63,680 nucleotides of DNA, from positions 1 through 63,680 of the IMG/VR virus record IMGVR_UViG_3300020045_004605. One strand, given 5' to 3'. The position numbers and the translations under genes are program-made. The notes under the pieces were generated by a model, which saw only the letters and a program-made list of their open reading frames with translations, had not been told where the DNA came from and made no database searches. This document shows positions 30,239 through 39,543 of this stretch, in pieces. How positions within the stretch are numbered: position 1 is the stretch's first letter; the number at the start of each line of letters is the position of its first letter. The stretch comes from a virus (Duplodnaviria; Caudoviricetes).

Positions 30239-30376
30239 TTAAAACCTAAGTTCATCAGGTTTATACTCAGTTTTGCAGTCTGAAAAGTCAATCCAAGTAT
30301 CTCTAAGTTTTGACTTGTATACTACTACTTTTTTACCGTTTGCAACAACAGTTGCGTTTTTTGTTCCTTGTTCCAT
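30239..30376 (-). CDS. Cassette ORF (45 aa)
   Basis: MEQGTKNATVVANGKKVVVYKSKLRDTWIDF...; below ORF-track cutoff. Confidence 0.65.
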   Translation of the reverse strand: MEQGTKNATVVANGKKVVVYKSKLRDTWIDFSDCKTEYKPDELRF

Positions 30377-30409
30377 AATTTAAAATATTTAGTGTTTAAA
30401 CCGATTTTA

Positions 30410-30529
30410 TAACATCATGTTGTTTTCAGTCTACGGCTTGGGTTATATCCGAAATGTGTCGGCTCACTTGTTTTTAATTTGTTGTGTTCAGTCTTTAATC
30501 ACGCCCGAAAAGCAACACGCAAGGCGTTA
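30410..30529 (-). repeat. attC-like hairpin (first in array A1)
   Basis: CATGTTGTTTTC / GAAAAGCAACACG arms; 5' end identical to 53099. Confidence 0.75.
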
Positions 30530-30544
30530 TAAATAACTTTACTC

Positions 30545-30606
30545 AAATTTAGTAATTATTTCAATACAAAATACATTTAGGCGTTATTTAGAATGTTTAC
30601 AAATAA
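30545..30606 (-). promoter_or_regulatory. Array promoter with Fur-box-like palindrome
   Basis: TAAATTTG -7 box (30545-30552, -) and TTATTTAGAATGTTTACAAATAA (30584-30606). Confidence 0.6.
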
Positions 30607-30829
30607 ACTTATTGTGTGGGTCAAATTCAAAAGAGAAAAAACCGCCCTCGCTATCAAGGTAACGGAAAATATATTCAGTACCGTGTGTTAACCGTTTGTC
30701 AATCCATACAGCGGGTTTATCCAATACCAAACTTACACCGCTTAATCTGAATGGTCTGCCGTTCTTTGATATTTGCGTATCAAAGTGATTTACATCTATA
30801 TCAAACCCTTGTATCGAAATCTTGTTCAT
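30584..30829 (-). CDS. Conserved hypothetical protein upstream of array
   Basis: Orthologue of 43808-44053 (NGRPFRLSG...FEFDP.NKFICKHSK). Confidence 0.75.
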   Translation of the reverse strand: MNKISIQGFDIDVNHFDTQISKNGRPFRLSGVSLVLDKPAVWIDKRLTHGTEYIFRYLDSEGGFFSFEFDPHNKFICKHSK

Positions 30830-31082
30830 AGTCTGTCCAAATTTTACATTCAAATCCTAATCGTTCTAATTCTTTTATCCTTACTTTCTGTAATTCTGAA
30901 AGTTTGCCATTCGGTTGTTTAACTTCTATAAATATCGTCTTACCGTCTTTTAAACACATTAAGTCTGGTATTCCATTCTTATTTGTCTTAATCAGTTTTA
31001 TACAAAGCCAACCCTCTTTTGTTAGTTGGTTTATTATTTTGGTTTGTCTTTTTGATTCCAAAATCTCTTTTAAATATGTCAT
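30801..31082 (-). CDS. VRR-NUC domain nuclease
   Basis: GIPDLMCL...FIEVKQPNGKLSELQ. Confidence 0.9.
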   Translation of the reverse strand: MTYLKEILESKRQTKIINQLTKEGWLCIKLIKTNKNGIPDLMCLKDGKTIFIEVKQPNGKLSELQKVRIKELERLGFECKIWTDYEQDFDTRV

Positions 31083-32280
31083 TTGTATAATCTTTTTTGG
31101 TTAGTACTGTTCTATAAATTTTTTCTTCTATGCCGTCTTTTCCGAATATCCAATAAACATCGTTTGACTTTCTATCCATCGAAGTTAATCGGTCACGGCT
31201 TTGCCAATAGCTAACTGCCGAAAAGTCTATATTATAATAAACTAAGTATTTGGCTTTACTTAAACTTATACCTTCTCGACCGCTTACAATTTGCAAAGCT
31301 ATGCATTTATCGGTTGTATTGAACTCTTCTAAATCGTTTGTTAAACGGTCTTTAAATATATCTTTTAAGGCGTTAAACTCTTCCACAAACTTATAAAATA
31401 TTGCTATCTTTTCGCTTTTAAAATGGTTTTGAATAAAGATAGCTTTTGAGTAATCTATAACTTTGCTTGTGCCGTCCTCAAACTTACAAGTGCCACTATA
31501 AAGCTGGTGCAATTTCTGTTGTAGCTTTACACCAGTATCAGCTAAAATCATTTGACCTTGTTTGTTTTCAACTACTAAATCGTTTTTTAATTTGTCTGCA
31601 ATTTTATAGGTTATTGCATCCATATCGCAATATAAAACGTTTTCGTGTACTTGCGTTTCAAAACCCGCTTCTACTTGCGTAAAGGTTAAAATGTAATATC
31701 TTATCCTATGCCAAAAGTCTTTTTTACGTGCGTCCGAATAGTCTTTAACTTGTGCATAACCTAAGTACTTTAATTTAATATTGACGTACTCGTTTGCCCA
31801 TTTATAAAAGTTTGCAAAGTCATTAAAAGGCGAATTATTGCTTACCCAAAATTGATGATACCATTGAGAATGACTTTCGGGTGTTGGTGTTCCGCTTAAA
31901 AATATCATTGGTAAATCACCAAACTTCTCTTTAAATATTTTAGCGGTTACATTTGGCTTTGGATATGCTCCAAATCTATGATGTTCATCGTGTATCACTA
32001 AATCAAAATCCTTTAAAAGTATCTTATGTATGCTTTCATCATTCCAAACCAATAAATCAAAGGTATAACCAAAATCATTATAATCGTCTTGAATTGATTT
32101 TATCGCTCGTTTCTTTGTTAGAAATAAAACCTTTTTAGCGCCGTATAATTTAGCAATTTCTAAGGCTGTAGCTGACTTGCCAGTTCTTACTTCCATCGCT
32201 AAATAAACTATCTTTTTACGTTGCAATATTTCGCAACCATCAGTAGCTAATTTCGTTTGATAATTTCGTAGTTGTTTCAT
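30988..32280 (-). CDS. SF2 (SNF2-like) helicase
   Basis: LRNYQ, TGKS, DEHH, SGTP, GREGISL. Confidence 0.9.
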   Translation of the reverse strand: MKQLRNYQTKLATDGCEILQRKKIVYLAMEVRTGKSATALEIAKLYGAKKVLFLTKKRAIKSIQDDYNDFGYTFDLLVWNDESIHKILLKDFDLVIHDEHHRFGAYPKPNVTAKIFKEKFGDLPMIFLSGTPTPESHSQWYHQFWVSNNSPFNDFANFYKWANEYVNIKLKYLGYAQVKDYSDARKKDFWHRIRYYILTFTQVEAGFETQVHENVLYCDMDAITYKIADKLKNDLVVENKQGQMILADTGVKLQQKLHQLYSGTCKFEDGTSKVIDYSKAIFIQNHFKSEKIAIFYKFVEEFNALKDIFKDRLTNDLEEFNTTDKCIALQIVSGREGISLSKAKYLVYYNIDFSAVSYWQSRDRLTSMDRKSNDVYWIFGKDGIEEKIYRTVLTKKDYTNDIFKRDFGIKKTNQNNKPTNKRGLALYKTD

Positions 32281-32282
32281 AA

Positions 32283-34637
32283 TTAAAAATCAATATCATC
32301 GTTAATAATTTCTTTATCTACTCCATTCTCAAACAAAGCAAACCATTTTAAACCATTGCTTTGACCTTGTTCAAATCTAAAGCCTTTGTAACTTGCATAT
32401 TTCTGAATCCAAATATTAAAACGATTTCTTTTTAACCACTTATCATAATCTTTATTATCGTTAATAAATGCGTTAAAATATTGACTTTTGTCGTTACGTC
32501 TATTTATAGGGAAGTTTTCAACATCAATTATCCACTCGTAAAAATCCATATTTGTTTCCGCTATGAATTTTCTAAGTTTAATGTTTTTGGCGTTTTGATT
32601 AACAAGACCTGTCTTTAAATACATTTGTAAACAATAAACCATGTAATTATCAAATTTTTGATATTCTTCTAAATCCCACTCATCAAATAATTGTTTTCCA
32701 AATTCTTCATCAGGTGTTAAATCTTTACCATAGTATTGAGCTATTTCTATTTCGTGTCTTCTACGATTATGACTGTTACCTTCACCTTTAATAGCGTAAT
32801 TTGTACTCATTACAATCTTTGGACTATCGTGTACATTTAACTTAATAGCATCCTTATTTTTACGCTCCAAAGTCATACCTTCAGTAACTATACTAAACTT
32901 ATCCTCAAAGTCAAAGTTCTTTTTAACGTCATCAAATACCAAAATTTTTGTATCAAGTGAAACGGTTTGATATGCAAATGATTTTTTACTATCAAACATT
33001 TTTCCGTCTATAATTGAAGTGTTTCTTATTTGGCTTAAACCTTGTACAAATAATCCTTTTCCAGTCCCGCCCTCAGGGTTGTCGCTTATAACCTCATCAT
33101 TTAAAATTACAGCTTTATTATTACTTCTGTTTTTATAAGTGCTTAATAAATAACCGATTGTACACTCAATTGGAAAAGGCTCTTTTGAAGATATGTTATT
33201 TATAAATTTTTTATAATCATTTTCAAAGTCTTCTAATTCTAAATAATCTCTTTGGAGAATATGGCTTTCCCAAATATAACCATCTACATCAATGTAATCT
33301 ATTAACTCGGTTTTGTCTTTTGTTATCTCTAATATTCCATTTTTAAAAGCTAAATAAGATTTAAAACGTGTATCTGTTAACATAATTAAATCAATGCTTT
33401 CCAACATCAAAAGAAACTGCTCATTAAATAGATTTTGATAATTTGCACAATAGTTCCAAACATCTAATTCTTTTCTATCCATTAGATATTCAAGAACAAA
33501 ATCCTTAATTTTTGAAACACTTGTTAATTTTACCTTATTTGAGTTAATAGAAACAAATTGCGGTTTATCACTTTCGTTTGGAAAATGTTTTTTAAAACCG
33601 TTTCTCTCTAAAAAAAACTTATACTTTAGTGGATTTACTGATATTTTATTTTTATCGTTTAAAAACCAAAAGTCTTCTATTTCTGAGGCTTCCTTTATTT
33701 CATCATAAACACCCTCCTCGATGTTGTATTTTTCAATAACGTTTTTCTTTCCTTTTTTTAAATCTGATTTTATCCTATCTATTTGTTGATAGTTTTCAAA
33801 ATACTTTGAGCCAAATGTTCTTTTTTTATACGCTGAACGAATTGTATTTTTTGTTTCTTGTTCTGAAAAATTACCGTAAACAACGTTATTAAAAATATAA
33901 CCTTCGGCAGTATTTTGACTTACACCATACTCACAAAACGCACCAGCCAAATCAAAAATAAATGAATTTCTTTCGCCTTCTACAAAGTCTTTTTTCCAAT
34001 TAAATTTCATTATTCTATCAATAATAACATCCTCGTCATTAATTGGAATCAATGGAACTTTATCCTTTATATCAAAACCATCATCTACTAAATCAGGAGA
34101 AAAGCAATCAGCTTCGTAATTTATATAAATGTCAGGGTCATAGCTTTCAAAACAAACCCTATCAACATTGCAATTTGATTTATCAAAATACTCGTATTGA
34201 TATTCTAAATTAAAAGCCTTAAAATATTTAGCGTGTTCAATTTTATTACATTTAGGAATTTTAACAACACCCTTTATGCCTTTACCACTTGGGCTAATAA
34301 ATAAAGAAACAAAGTGATTATTTTTTTTAAGTTCGTGTAAATGGTCATACATTACCTCATCGCTTGGATATTTATCAAAATCAACAATCATTAAGCCTGA
34401 GTGATTAATTAAACCATCCCCATTTCTCTCTTTAAATACACCCCCAAACATTATACAAGGTAAAGTTGATTTTATATCATCCGCCTTGTCTTTGTCTTTT
34501 TCTTGACGTACTTTGTTTATAATATCTAAAGACTTTCCTAATTTTATTCTGTCAAAAACTTTCCATATAGGAACATCATAAGGAACATTTTTAGTTTTGT
34601 AAAGTTCCTTAAAAACTGATATAACTGTATCTTTCAT
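32283..34637 (-). CDS. Primase/helicase (BT4734/VirE-N-like + PriCT + SF3-like NTPase)
   Basis: HSGLMIVDFD, FISPSGKGIK, EGERNS, GGTGKG, FDD. Confidence 0.85.
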   Translation of the reverse strand: MKDTVISVFKELYKTKNVPYDVPIWKVFDRIKLGKSLDIINKVRQEKDKDKADDIKSTLPCIMFGGVFKERNGDGLINHSGLMIVDFDKYPSDEVMYDHLHELKKNNHFVSLFISPSGKGIKGVVKIPKCNKIEHAKYFKAFNLEYQYEYFDKSNCNVDRVCFESYDPDIYINYEADCFSPDLVDDGFDIKDKVPLIPINDEDVIIDRIMKFNWKKDFVEGERNSFIFDLAGAFCEYGVSQNTAEGYIFNNVVYGNFSEQETKNTIRSAYKKRTFGSKYFENYQQIDRIKSDLKKGKKNVIEKYNIEEGVYDEIKEASEIEDFWFLNDKNKISVNPLKYKFFLERNGFKKHFPNESDKPQFVSINSNKVKLTSVSKIKDFVLEYLMDRKELDVWNYCANYQNLFNEQFLLMLESIDLIMLTDTRFKSYLAFKNGILEITKDKTELIDYIDVDGYIWESHILQRDYLELEDFENDYKKFINNISSKEPFPIECTIGYLLSTYKNRSNNKAVILNDEVISDNPEGGTGKGLFVQGLSQIRNTSIIDGKMFDSKKSFAYQTVSLDTKILVFDDVKKNFDFEDKFSIVTEGMTLERKNKDAIKLNVHDSPKIVMSTNYAIKGEGNSHNRRRHEIEIAQYYGKDLTPDEEFGKQLFDEWDLEEYQKFDNYMVYCLQMYLKTGLVNQNAKNIKLRKFIAETNMDFYEWIIDVENFPINRRNDKSQYFNAFINDNKDYDKWLKRNRFNIWIQKYASYKGFRFEQGQSNGLKWFALFENGVDKEIINDDIDF

Positions 34638-34639
34638 AA

Positions 34640-34888
34640 TTAAGAGGCTGTTGTTTCAAATCTATAAAAATAAATATTATCCTTTTTATTCACGAAGTCT
34701 AAAAGACAAACTCCGTCATCTTTATAAGATGGCATTAATAATAAAGGAATTGAATTATAAGCCTTAATAGATAACTCTAATTCTTGAAAAGCCTCTTGAT
34801 GAATTTCTTTTGCGCTACGATAACGAGTGTTACCATTCTCAGGAAACCTTTCATCTAATTCTTTTTTGTTTGTGATAAATAATTTCAT
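34640..34888 (-). CDS. Hypothetical protein
   Basis: 82 aa leading the primase operon. Confidence 0.6.
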   Translation of the reverse strand: MKLFITNKKELDERFPENGNTRYRSAKEIHQEAFQELELSIKAYNSIPLLLMPSYKDDGVCLLDFVNKKDNIYFYRFETTAS

Positions 34889-35034
34889 AAATTAAATAAA
34901 TTAAAAAAGGGATAAATCCACCAACTGCAACACTGGTTTCATTATCCCTTTTAGATTAATGTCTTTTTAAATGTTGCAGTTATACAAATGTAGTGAATTT
35001 ATTTTAATTAAAACAAAATAATTTTAACTTTTTT

Positions 35035-35201
35035 AAGTACGAAGTTTTTTGTCTTTATATACCCCCCTTAAATGTAAATTTAAAAAATGATAGGGGGGGG
35101 GTGTTTTTTAAAAAAACTTCGTACTTTCGTTCTTTTTTATAAAAATCTTAATAAACATAGTATATAAGAAAGGGCGAAGTTGTAAATTAACTTCGCCCTT
35201 T
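35035..35201. other. Putative replication origin of phage A
   Basis: Perfect IR AAGTACGAAGTTTTTT/AAAAAACTTCGTACTT with C6/G9 inside; second IR AAAGGGCGAAGTT/AACTTCGCCCTTT. Confidence 0.45.
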
Positions 35202-35224
35202 TTAACATTAGTAATGGGTATTTT

Positions 35225-35890
35225 CTAAAAGTCTAAATCGTCTTTTATTTCCTCTTCTTCAACTTCAATATCTTCTACTGGTTTAGATAGATAAGTTTTA
35301 AGATAGGCTTCTAAGATACCGAATACCTCATCGGCTTGTTCAACCTCTGAATCTGATAAAGATTTGTCAAATGCAAACTCTGGCATCGAATATTTAACAG
35401 CTCCCTTTTTACCCTCTTTGGCGGATTTAACTACAACCCACTCATCAGGTAAACGTTTTCTTGTTTTTTGTGTAAAGTTACCCCACTCTTGTACTGAACT
35501 TCCTTTAAGTTGTAAGTTGGCTAAAGTACCATCCTCTAACATAATGTAAATAGACTTCACATAGTGACCACCAGCAGACTGAACTTTCTCTTTGATGTCT
35601 TTATAAAGACCTTTAGCAATTTCGTTTCCTTTAAATGGTTTAACAGTCATTACCTCTTTTGAGATATACTTTACCTCGTTTGAAAATATACCGCTTTGTG
35701 TAGCATCATTCCATCCCTTAACGGCGTGTAGTTCGTCTAAAACTAAAAACTTAAAAGGTAAAGGAATTTGTACTTTAGTTTGTGCTTCTTTGTCGTAGTA
35801 CTCAAAGCATTTGTCATTTGACTTCCAATCGATAAACTTTGTAGCTGGGTTCGATTGCGGTTGATTAAAAGCATTTCTTCTATTGCTCAT
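35225..35890 (-). CDS. Putative ssDNA-binding/recombination protein
   Basis: Likely start MSNRR at 35890; acidic tail ending DDLDF. Confidence 0.6.
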   Translation of the reverse strand: MSNRRNAFNQPQSNPATKFIDWKSNDKCFEYYDKEAQTKVQIPLPFKFLVLDELHAVKGWNDATQSGIFSNEVKYISKEVMTVKPFKGNEIAKGLYKDIKEKVQSAGGHYVKSIYIMLEDGTLANLQLKGSSVQEWGNFTQKTRKRLPDEWVVVKSAKEGKKGAVKYSMPEFAFDKSLSDSEVEQADEVFGILEAYLKTYLSKPVEDIEVEEEEIKDDLDF

Positions 35891-35965
35891 CTTAAAAATG
35901 TATTTATGGATTGAAATTATAATGCCCAATCCTTGCATCCGTTATACAAATATAGTGTTTAATTT

Positions 35966-36097
35966 TTAAATAACAACCTTTTTAGCCACCCCTTTACTAA
36001 TATACACAAAGGAATTATGCTTAGTTTCTTTTGCCGTTTTGATTGCTAATTGTCTTAACCTATACGTTTGCTCTTGGATTGTTTCAGAGTGTTTCAT
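35966..36097 (-). CDS. Hypothetical protein (43 aa)
   Basis: MKHSETIQEQTYRLRQLAIKTAKETKH...; homologue fragment at 37548-37664. Confidence 0.65.
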   Translation of the reverse strand: MKHSETIQEQTYRLRQLAIKTAKETKHNSFVYISKGVAKKVVI

Positions 36098-36376
36098 AAT
36101 CTACAACTTCTATTTGGTTAATCTCATTTTGTTGCACCTTTTCGTATGCTTCGGTCATAGCTTTGTTATCGCTAAAGTGGATTGACTTAACCGTGTTAAT
36201 CATCCAGTTGTTAAAATCTTCCATTAGTTTTGAATTGTTTTACTGTTAATAATTGGTTCGTTGAATACTTGACTGTGGACGATAAGATAAACCCTATCAA
36301 CGTGGTTAGGCAAATCTTTTACCATTGCTTTAATACGGTTGTTGTCCGCTTGTTTGAATAGTTGGTGGGTTGTCAT
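36084..36376 (-). CDS. Two small coupled ORFs (36224-36376, 36084-36224)
   Basis: MTTHQLFKQ... (50 aa) and MEDFNNWM... (46 aa) with overlapping start/stop codons. Confidence 0.5.
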
Positions 36377-36654
36377 AATATATTAATTTGATAAATTGAT
36401 GTTTTTTTATTTAGCTTGTTAGGTGTTAAATCTTTTTTAAGAATAACTCCAGTGTAAACACAACTTGGATTGTTATTATACCCCCAATCAAAACCTATAT
36501 TTTCTATTTTAATTGTATCACTGTGGTCTGATATTATATCCCCAATTTTATAAGGGTTATTTGCTTGAGCATATCTAACAGCTAATTTTCTTCTTTCTTT
36601 GTTAAAATCATTTTCTAAATCTTTTAACATTTGTAAATATTGTTCGTGTATCAT
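36373..36654 (-). CDS. Hypothetical phage protein
   Basis: 93 aa, NNPYKIGDII motif. Confidence 0.7.
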   Translation of the reverse strand: MIHEQYLQMLKDLENDFNKERRKLAVRYAQANNPYKIGDIISDHSDTIKIENIGFDWGYNNNPSCVYTGVILKKDLTPNKLNKKTSIYQINIL

Positions 36655-36830
36655 ATCTGATTTAATAGTTTATACAATTTATTTTCTTTGTTAGTTAGTT
36701 TAAGTTGTTGCTTAGGTGTTAAGCCGTCTATTGCACCGAATATAACCTTTAACTCTCTTAAACTTTGTATTTCTCTGTTTAGCTTTTTAATCTTAGCTAT
36801 TGTTTGCGGGGGGATAACTGTTGAGTTCAT
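36651..36830 (-). CDS. Hypothetical protein (59 aa)
   Basis: MNSTVIPPQT...; fills gap in - strand operon. Confidence 0.55.
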   Translation of the reverse strand: MNSTVIPPQTIAKIKKLNREIQSLRELKVIFGAIDGLTPKQQLKLTNKENKLYKLLNQI

Positions 36831-36841
36831 ATTGCTGATTT

Positions 36842-37051
36842 TTAATCGTTATAAAGCATTTCGTAAATAGTATCTTCAAACTGCTCTAATAAAGGCATTA
36901 AATCAATCCAACTATCAACCGCTGTTACTTTTATAATTTCGGGTTCAGGATTTTCTTCAGGTGTTTCACGTGTTTCGGGATAGTGTTTACCAATCCATTT
37001 AAACTCTACGTTTAATCGTACTCCGAATAAATTGATTTCTGTTGTTTCCAT
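36842..37051 (-). CDS. Hypothetical protein, first early gene
   Basis: 69 aa downstream of TACATTTG box. Confidence 0.65.
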   Translation of the reverse strand: METTEINLFGVRLNVEFKWIGKHYPETRETPEENPEPEIIKVTAVDSWIDLMPLLEQFEDTIYEMLYND

Positions 37052-37127
37052 AATGTTTTAGTTTTAATTCGTTTGTCAAATGTAGTATTAATTTAATTAC
37101 TAACCAAACATTTTCAAACTTTTCTTG

Positions 37128-37166
37128 TAATTTATAGTCATTCTAAATAACTTTTTACTATCTTTG
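37128..37166 (+). promoter_or_regulatory. Fur-box-like palindrome plus -7 box at the early/late divergence
   Basis: TAATTTATAGTCATTCTAAATAA then TATCTTTG. Confidence 0.55.
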
Positions 37167-37170
37167 ATTT

Positions 37171-37383
37171 ATGATAACAGCCAAACTATTAATTGAAGAG
37201 GAAAACGGACAGGAATTTCGCATTTTCTATTTCGCTCCAAGTAGCGTAAACGGGATTTATGTAATCGATAGCGAGTTAATGGGTGTAATCATACAAGGGC
37301 AAGACTATATTTTACAATTCGATAATAAAATATTTGAAGAGATAAAAGCAATATTAAAGTTAAAGACTTTAGGGATTAACTAA
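37171..37383 (+). CDS. Hypothetical protein
   Basis: 70 aa before TerS. Confidence 0.6.
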   Translation: MITAKLLIEEENGQEFRIFYFAPSSVNGIYVIDSELMGVIIQGQDYILQFDNKIFEEIKAILKLKTLGIN

Positions 37384-37462
37384 CATACGGCAGTCGCAAT
37401 TTAAACAGACTGTTTACCCGATATAGTATATATTCGGGTTTAACGTATTTATATAAAGTAAT

Positions 37463-37555
37463 ATGGCAAGACCAAGTGGAACTAAAAACATAGAAACACC
37501 CGAAAAGATGTGGGATTACTTTTTAGCGTATAAAAAAAACGTTAAAGACAATCCA
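37463..37555 (+). pseudogene. Terminase small subunit N-terminal fragment
   Basis: MARPSGTKNIETPEKMWDYFLAYKKNVKDNP, then sequence switches to phage B. Confidence 0.75.
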
Positions 37556-37656
37556 AGAGCAAAATTGGAGATTACGTCAATTAGCAATCAAAACGGCAAA
37601 AGAAACTAAGCATTTATCTTTTACTTACATTGCAAAAGGAGTAGCTAAAAAAGTTG

Positions 37657-37696
37657 TTATTTAGTTTGTTTCTAAACAGTTAAATGACTAAATTTG
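37657..37696 (+). promoter_or_regulatory. Fur-box-like palindrome plus -7 box
   Basis: TTATTTAGTTTGTTTCTAAACAG then TAAATTTG. Confidence 0.5.
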
Positions 37697-37718
37697 AAGT
37701 AATTAAAAACTAAATATT

Positions 37719-38249
37719 ATGAAAACACACATTGACAAATTACGCAACCCAAACTATTTAGGTGGTTGGGATTTATTAGACGAGAACGGAAAAACAGTTG
37801 ACCGTATCGTAACTATAAAAGAAATTAAAAACGAGTCTGTTTTTAATCAGAAATCACAAGACGAGCAACAAGTAATTACACTTTTCTTTAATGAGTGTAA
37901 ACCAATTATCTTAAATGCAACTAACCGTAAGACGTTAAAAAAAGTAACGGAAACGGAATACATTGAGGATATGGTAGGTAAACGCATTCAGTTAACTACT
38001 AAAAAAATTAAGGCGTTTGGTGAAATGCACGACGCAATTAGAATTGTAGCTACTAAGGTTGGAGCTGGTTCGGGTTCGGTTGATGTTAAGCCTGTAGATG
38101 CTAAAATTTGTATTGATAAATTAGAAGCGAGCCAAACATTAGCCGACTTACAAACTAATTGGCTTGCTCTTACAAGCGCGGAACAAAACAACGCGGAAGT
38201 ATTAGCTTGTAAAGACCGATTGAAAACAACACTAACCGCTACGAAATAA
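37719..38249 (+). CDS. Recombination-associated protein
   Basis: NPNYLGGWDL, KPIILNATN; adjacent to YqaJ exonuclease. Confidence 0.6.
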   Translation: MKTHIDKLRNPNYLGGWDLLDENGKTVDRIVTIKEIKNESVFNQKSQDEQQVITLFFNECKPIILNATNRKTLKKVTETEYIEDMVGKRIQLTTKKIKAFGEMHDAIRIVATKVGAGSGSVDVKPVDAKICIDKLEASQTLADLQTNWLALTSAEQNNAEVLACKDRLKTTLTATK

Positions 38250-38902
38250 TGAAAGTACACTTTGAAGTTGAACAAGGTAGCCTTGATTGGTTTCTATTAA
38301 AACACGGTAAAGTTGGAGGAACGCGCGCCAAAGGATTGTATTTAAAAACAGATACCCTCTTTTATGACTTGTTATCGGAACACACGGAACGATACGACGA
38401 GGATAACGAGGACGAGGGTTATACTTCCGACGCAATGGAACGCGGTAAGTACTTAGAACCACAAGCGCGGTTGGAGTTAAACGCATACACGGGGTTAGAG
38501 TTTTTAGAATGCGGTTGGATACAGTCAGATATTGAATTATTAGGAATTAGTCCCGATGGTATTACGGCAGACTTAACCGCTCAATGTGAAATTAAGTGTT
38601 TAGGAGCAAAGAACCATTTACGCGCCTGTTTAGGTGGAGAAATCCCACTTGAATATATCCCGCAATGTGTACACGCGTTTACAGTTAACAGTCGTTTGGC
38701 GCGTCTTTTTTTCCTTGCCTACAGACCTGAAAGTCCAAAAGCTATGTTTGTACGCGAGCTGAAAAGGGTTAGTGAGGTTAACATCGGGACACTTGCAAGA
38801 CCTGTGATTAAAACAGTTACAGAGTGTGTAGAATTAAGTAAAGCGGAAGCCTTACGACTTGAAACAGAATTAAAGGAAACAATTAATAATTTAAATTTTT
38901 AG
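38249..38902 (+). CDS. YqaJ/lambda-type exonuclease
   Basis: EQGSLDW, AMERG..LEP, GISPDG, EIKC. Confidence 0.9.
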   Translation: MKVHFEVEQGSLDWFLLKHGKVGGTRAKGLYLKTDTLFYDLLSEHTERYDEDNEDEGYTSDAMERGKYLEPQARLELNAYTGLEFLECGWIQSDIELLGISPDGITADLTAQCEIKCLGAKNHLRACLGGEIPLEYIPQCVHAFTVNSRLARLFFLAYRPESPKAMFVRELKRVSEVNIGTLARPVIKTVTECVELSKAEALRLETELKETINNLNF

Positions 38903-38905
38903 AAA

Positions 38906-39187
38906 ATGGAAGTAATCGGTAAGATTAAAGTATTGAACGCGACACAAGATGTTAGCTCATCATTTAAAAAACGCGAGGTAGTAATTACAACTTCAGAGGA
39001 ATACCCTCAACATATTAGTATTAACTTTGTTCAGGATAAGACCGCGTTACTTGACGCGTTCAATGTTGGCGACGATGTTAAAGTTGGTGTAAATTTACGA
39101 GGTCGTGAATGGGTTAGTCCAAGCGGTGAGGAAAAGTACTTCAACGACATTCAGGGTTGGAAGATTGAAAAAACTTCTACTTTTTAA
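38906..39187 (+). CDS. DUF3127 family (SSB-like) protein
   Basis: FKKREVVI, YPQ, NLRGREW, YFNDIQGWKI. Confidence 0.85.
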   Translation: MEVIGKIKVLNATQDVSSSFKKREVVITTSEEYPQHISINFVQDKTALLDAFNVGDDVKVGVNLRGREWVSPSGEEKYFNDIQGWKIEKTSTF

Positions 39188-39362
39188 GTAAAATAAACGC
39201 ATCATTTGTTTGGCGCGTTGTTTTTTTTGTTATATTTGTGGCTACTAGTGAAGTGGAACGCATTAGGTAAAACGAAAGATATTTAGTTTAAGCCCTATTC
39301 GGGAGGTACGTTCCACAATACTACCAAACGAATTAGGGCTTTTTAATTTAAAATAATTTAAA

Positions 39363-39542
39363 ATGGAACACACTCAAAGGTTAGAAACCTACGTTGAACA
39401 ATCAATTACTATAATTGAGGACGGAAATTTAATTACGATTAAAGTATACAATAATACATTAATAGAATCCGTTACACTTACAAAAAAAGAACTCCATTCA
39501 TTTATTGGAACATTACTTCACGTTCAGCAAAAAATGAAATAA
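39363..39542 (+). CDS. Hypothetical protein (59 aa)
   Basis: MEHTQRLETY...ELHSFIGTLLHVQQKMK before primase. Confidence 0.55.
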   Translation: MEHTQRLETYVEQSITIIEDGNLITIKVYNNTLIESVTLTKKELHSFIGTLLHVQQKMK

Positions 39543-39543
39543 T

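Larger units (their letters stand above)
28290..30540 (-). mobile_element. Integron-like cassette array A1 (4 cassettes)
   Basis: Four TAAC...GTTA hairpins alternating with single ORFs with complementary ends. Confidence 0.8.
2524..37555. mobile_element. Phage A: near-complete ~35 kb siphovirus-like genome
   Basis: TerS(C)-TerL-portal-capsid-tail-lysis on +, replication/early genes on -, ends in TerS(N); no integrase recognised. Confidence 0.85.

Noticed and set aside
2524-37555. Integrase, attP or classical CI lysogeny module
   Set aside because: No tyrosine or serine recombinase motifs recognised in any ORF; no host genes in the window.
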